Shown here piece after piece: positions 55,684-64,000 of a stretch of 64,000 nt of DNA; within the stretch, counting starts at the first letter, position 1; every line of letters starts with the position of its first letter. The translations under genes were made by a program, and so were the position numbers. The notes below the pieces were generated by a model that saw nothing but the letters and a program-made list of their open reading frames with translations, had not been told where the DNA came from and ran no database searches. This DNA comes from Hormiphora californensis (taxonomy: Eukaryota; Animalia; Ctenophora), in the NCBI GenBank assembly GCA_020137815.1, contig CM035356.1, positions 310,001-374,000 on the forward strand. The letters are read 5' to 3'.

Positions 55684-56824
55684 AGCGGAGAAATATTAAT
55701 AACACAGTATATGGTGGGAATATGAAACCCAATTAGCGGAGGACAATCAGTTAATTGACCCAATTATACACACTGTACACCACCCCTTTACTATCTAATT
55801 GTCATGTATTGTTCGGGTAATATATCATCAACATTTACATATTGTACATCGCATGGAAAGCAAGTATCACAATTCACAGTATTGTAGCACATTATTCCAG
55901 GTGGTCCCTTCTCTACGTGTCGTGTCTCTTGTCCCTCTGCAGGAGAAACGTGTAGAGAGATGGAGGGGCAAGGCCAGGAAGATTTGTAAAGAGTGTGGTA
56001 ACTATACAACGGGATTGAGTTTGGGAAATCTACCCAGCTCACCTTGTCATTTTATATAACGGGATGCCATATAGTCATATAGACATTGGTTATTTCTATC
56101 TTCACAGTTTTCTCACTCCTTCGTCAAGTTGCAGACACTTCACCGCAGGCTATGAAACCTGGAAATGGAAAAGTGTTATCTTTCGATAACAGTGTTATCT
56201 TTCGTTAACTTCAAATGTTTATGTCTGTATTGTGCGCGCGCACATAACAAATGATGATGCGATATGCTTTCCACAGTTGTACGCGCATATTCTGCCACAC
56301 TTTTACTGTGTGTTATATAACAGGGGGGGGGGGGGGGTCACAGAAAATTGGGACCGGCTTGTATAAATACAGCAAATAGTCTGTGTCTGTCTGTTTAAGG
56401 GGAAGGAGTGTGTAAAATGGGTGCTGTTTTGTTACCTCTCCGGATAATTTTCTTGAAATATCTTGGTGAGACACACACACTGAGATGGGCATGGGGCGCT
56501 TGAAAACACCACACGTGGCTATGGGTGGGATATGTTCCTGAGAAATCTTGAAGGGGGGCGAGCTGAGTGCTGAAATTTCCTGGAAGATGTTTAGACAGTA
56601 AAAAGGTTAAAATATGTTACCCCTTCCCACCATACATATTTCAAGTCATTTGACATTCGAGTTTCACTTCTTGAGAAACATCATGATCTGCCAAATGCCC
56701 TAAATATTTTCTTTCCGACCTGATATCCCCCCATTATGACAAAATAAAAGTGGTCCGTTTTTTTACAAAGAGAGTACGATAAATATAACATCAGGGAGTG
56801 TTGCAGATCACATCAACATGCGGT

Positions 56825-56948
<124 letters not shown>

Positions 56949-57588
56949 CCTCACTCTCTAAACTTGCACGGTTAAAGGTATTTTGTGATTTCACATAATG
57001 TTAACATAATGCGTAAAAGAAAAAACAGAAAGTGGTGAAAGAATTCCCTACACACAAAAAACACAGCACCAATTTGTGTTTCAAACGTAACACAAACCTC
57101 TCACATAATGTGATGGGGTATGTTAATAGTTTTGAGTGGTGTGCATGTGTGTGTACAATTTAACACATAATAAATTAATGTGAGAGAGATAATAACTTTG
57201 CGACTAACACATCATATATATCATGAGGTAATTCAACCTAAAATAATCATCATGGAGTTTTTGAGTATGTTATTCTGAAAAAATATTGGTCTTGAGAGGG
57301 GATAAATCGATAAATAATGGCTCAAAACATCAAAAAAGATACGCGGGGGGAGGTGTCACGAAAAATAGATCTTGGGGGAGCGAAAAAAGAATATTTTGGG
57401 ACATAAATGGTAGTGTAATAATGGGCTGTCACACTGATATATTATGCTACTCTCTCGTTATGATGCATCTAATACTAAATGTAATGTCTCTCTCTTTCTC
57501 TCTCTTTCTCTCGTTGAAAGAGAGGGTGTTGATGTTGTTTCTTGAGCGAGTGGTTGCGAGATGGTGGTCATGGGTTGTTGTATAGATC

Positions 57589-64000
<6,412 letters not shown>

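Larger units (their letters stand above)
51865..56158 (-). other. Possible small spliced transcript (candidate exons 56158-56043, 54395-54256, 52021-51865)
   Basis: Exon-like segments bounded by CAG acceptors and GTGAG/GTAAC donors. The last exon is open for ~51 codons, but the middle exon has stops in all three frames. Confidence 0.3.

Noticed and set aside
55901-55997. Plus-strand exon-like segment (VVPSLRVVSLVPLQEKRVERWRGKARKICKEC)
   Set aside because: No partner exons or start codon found.

Overview
Eukaryotic (animal) genomic DNA with GT-AG introns, abundant (GA)n microsatellites and many non-autonomous DNA transposons. It is probably ctenophore-like; this is an inference from the GRL101-type receptor and overall style, not proven. 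Hand-assembled genes: (1) a 4-exon secreted Cys-rich prepro-protein (5709-8254,+); (2) a 12-exon STIM ER Ca2+ sensor (9389-24909,+); (3) a 1.2-kb conserved ORF in STIM intron 3 whose splice phases fit the STIM reading frame; (4) an OFA-like MFS transporter (-); (5) a ~9.4-kb intronless, frameshifted SRCR+LDLa 7TM receptor of LGR/GRL101 type; (6) an orphan basic protein with a possible C-terminal histone fold; (7) the 3' part of a Nova-like KH gene (-). Also present: a 5'-truncated L2/CR1-type LINE, nested and palindromic MITEs with clear target-site duplications (TSDs), and several minisatellites. The best candidate for something new is the STIM locus. The intronic exon could yield an EF-hand-less, two-TM STIM with a cytosolic regulatory N-terminus. 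In addition, a minisatellite has amplified the splice donor inside the CAD/SOAR domain dozens of times. The assembly shows indel errors and low-quality patches (about 600-1220, 1850-4100 and 59200-62000).
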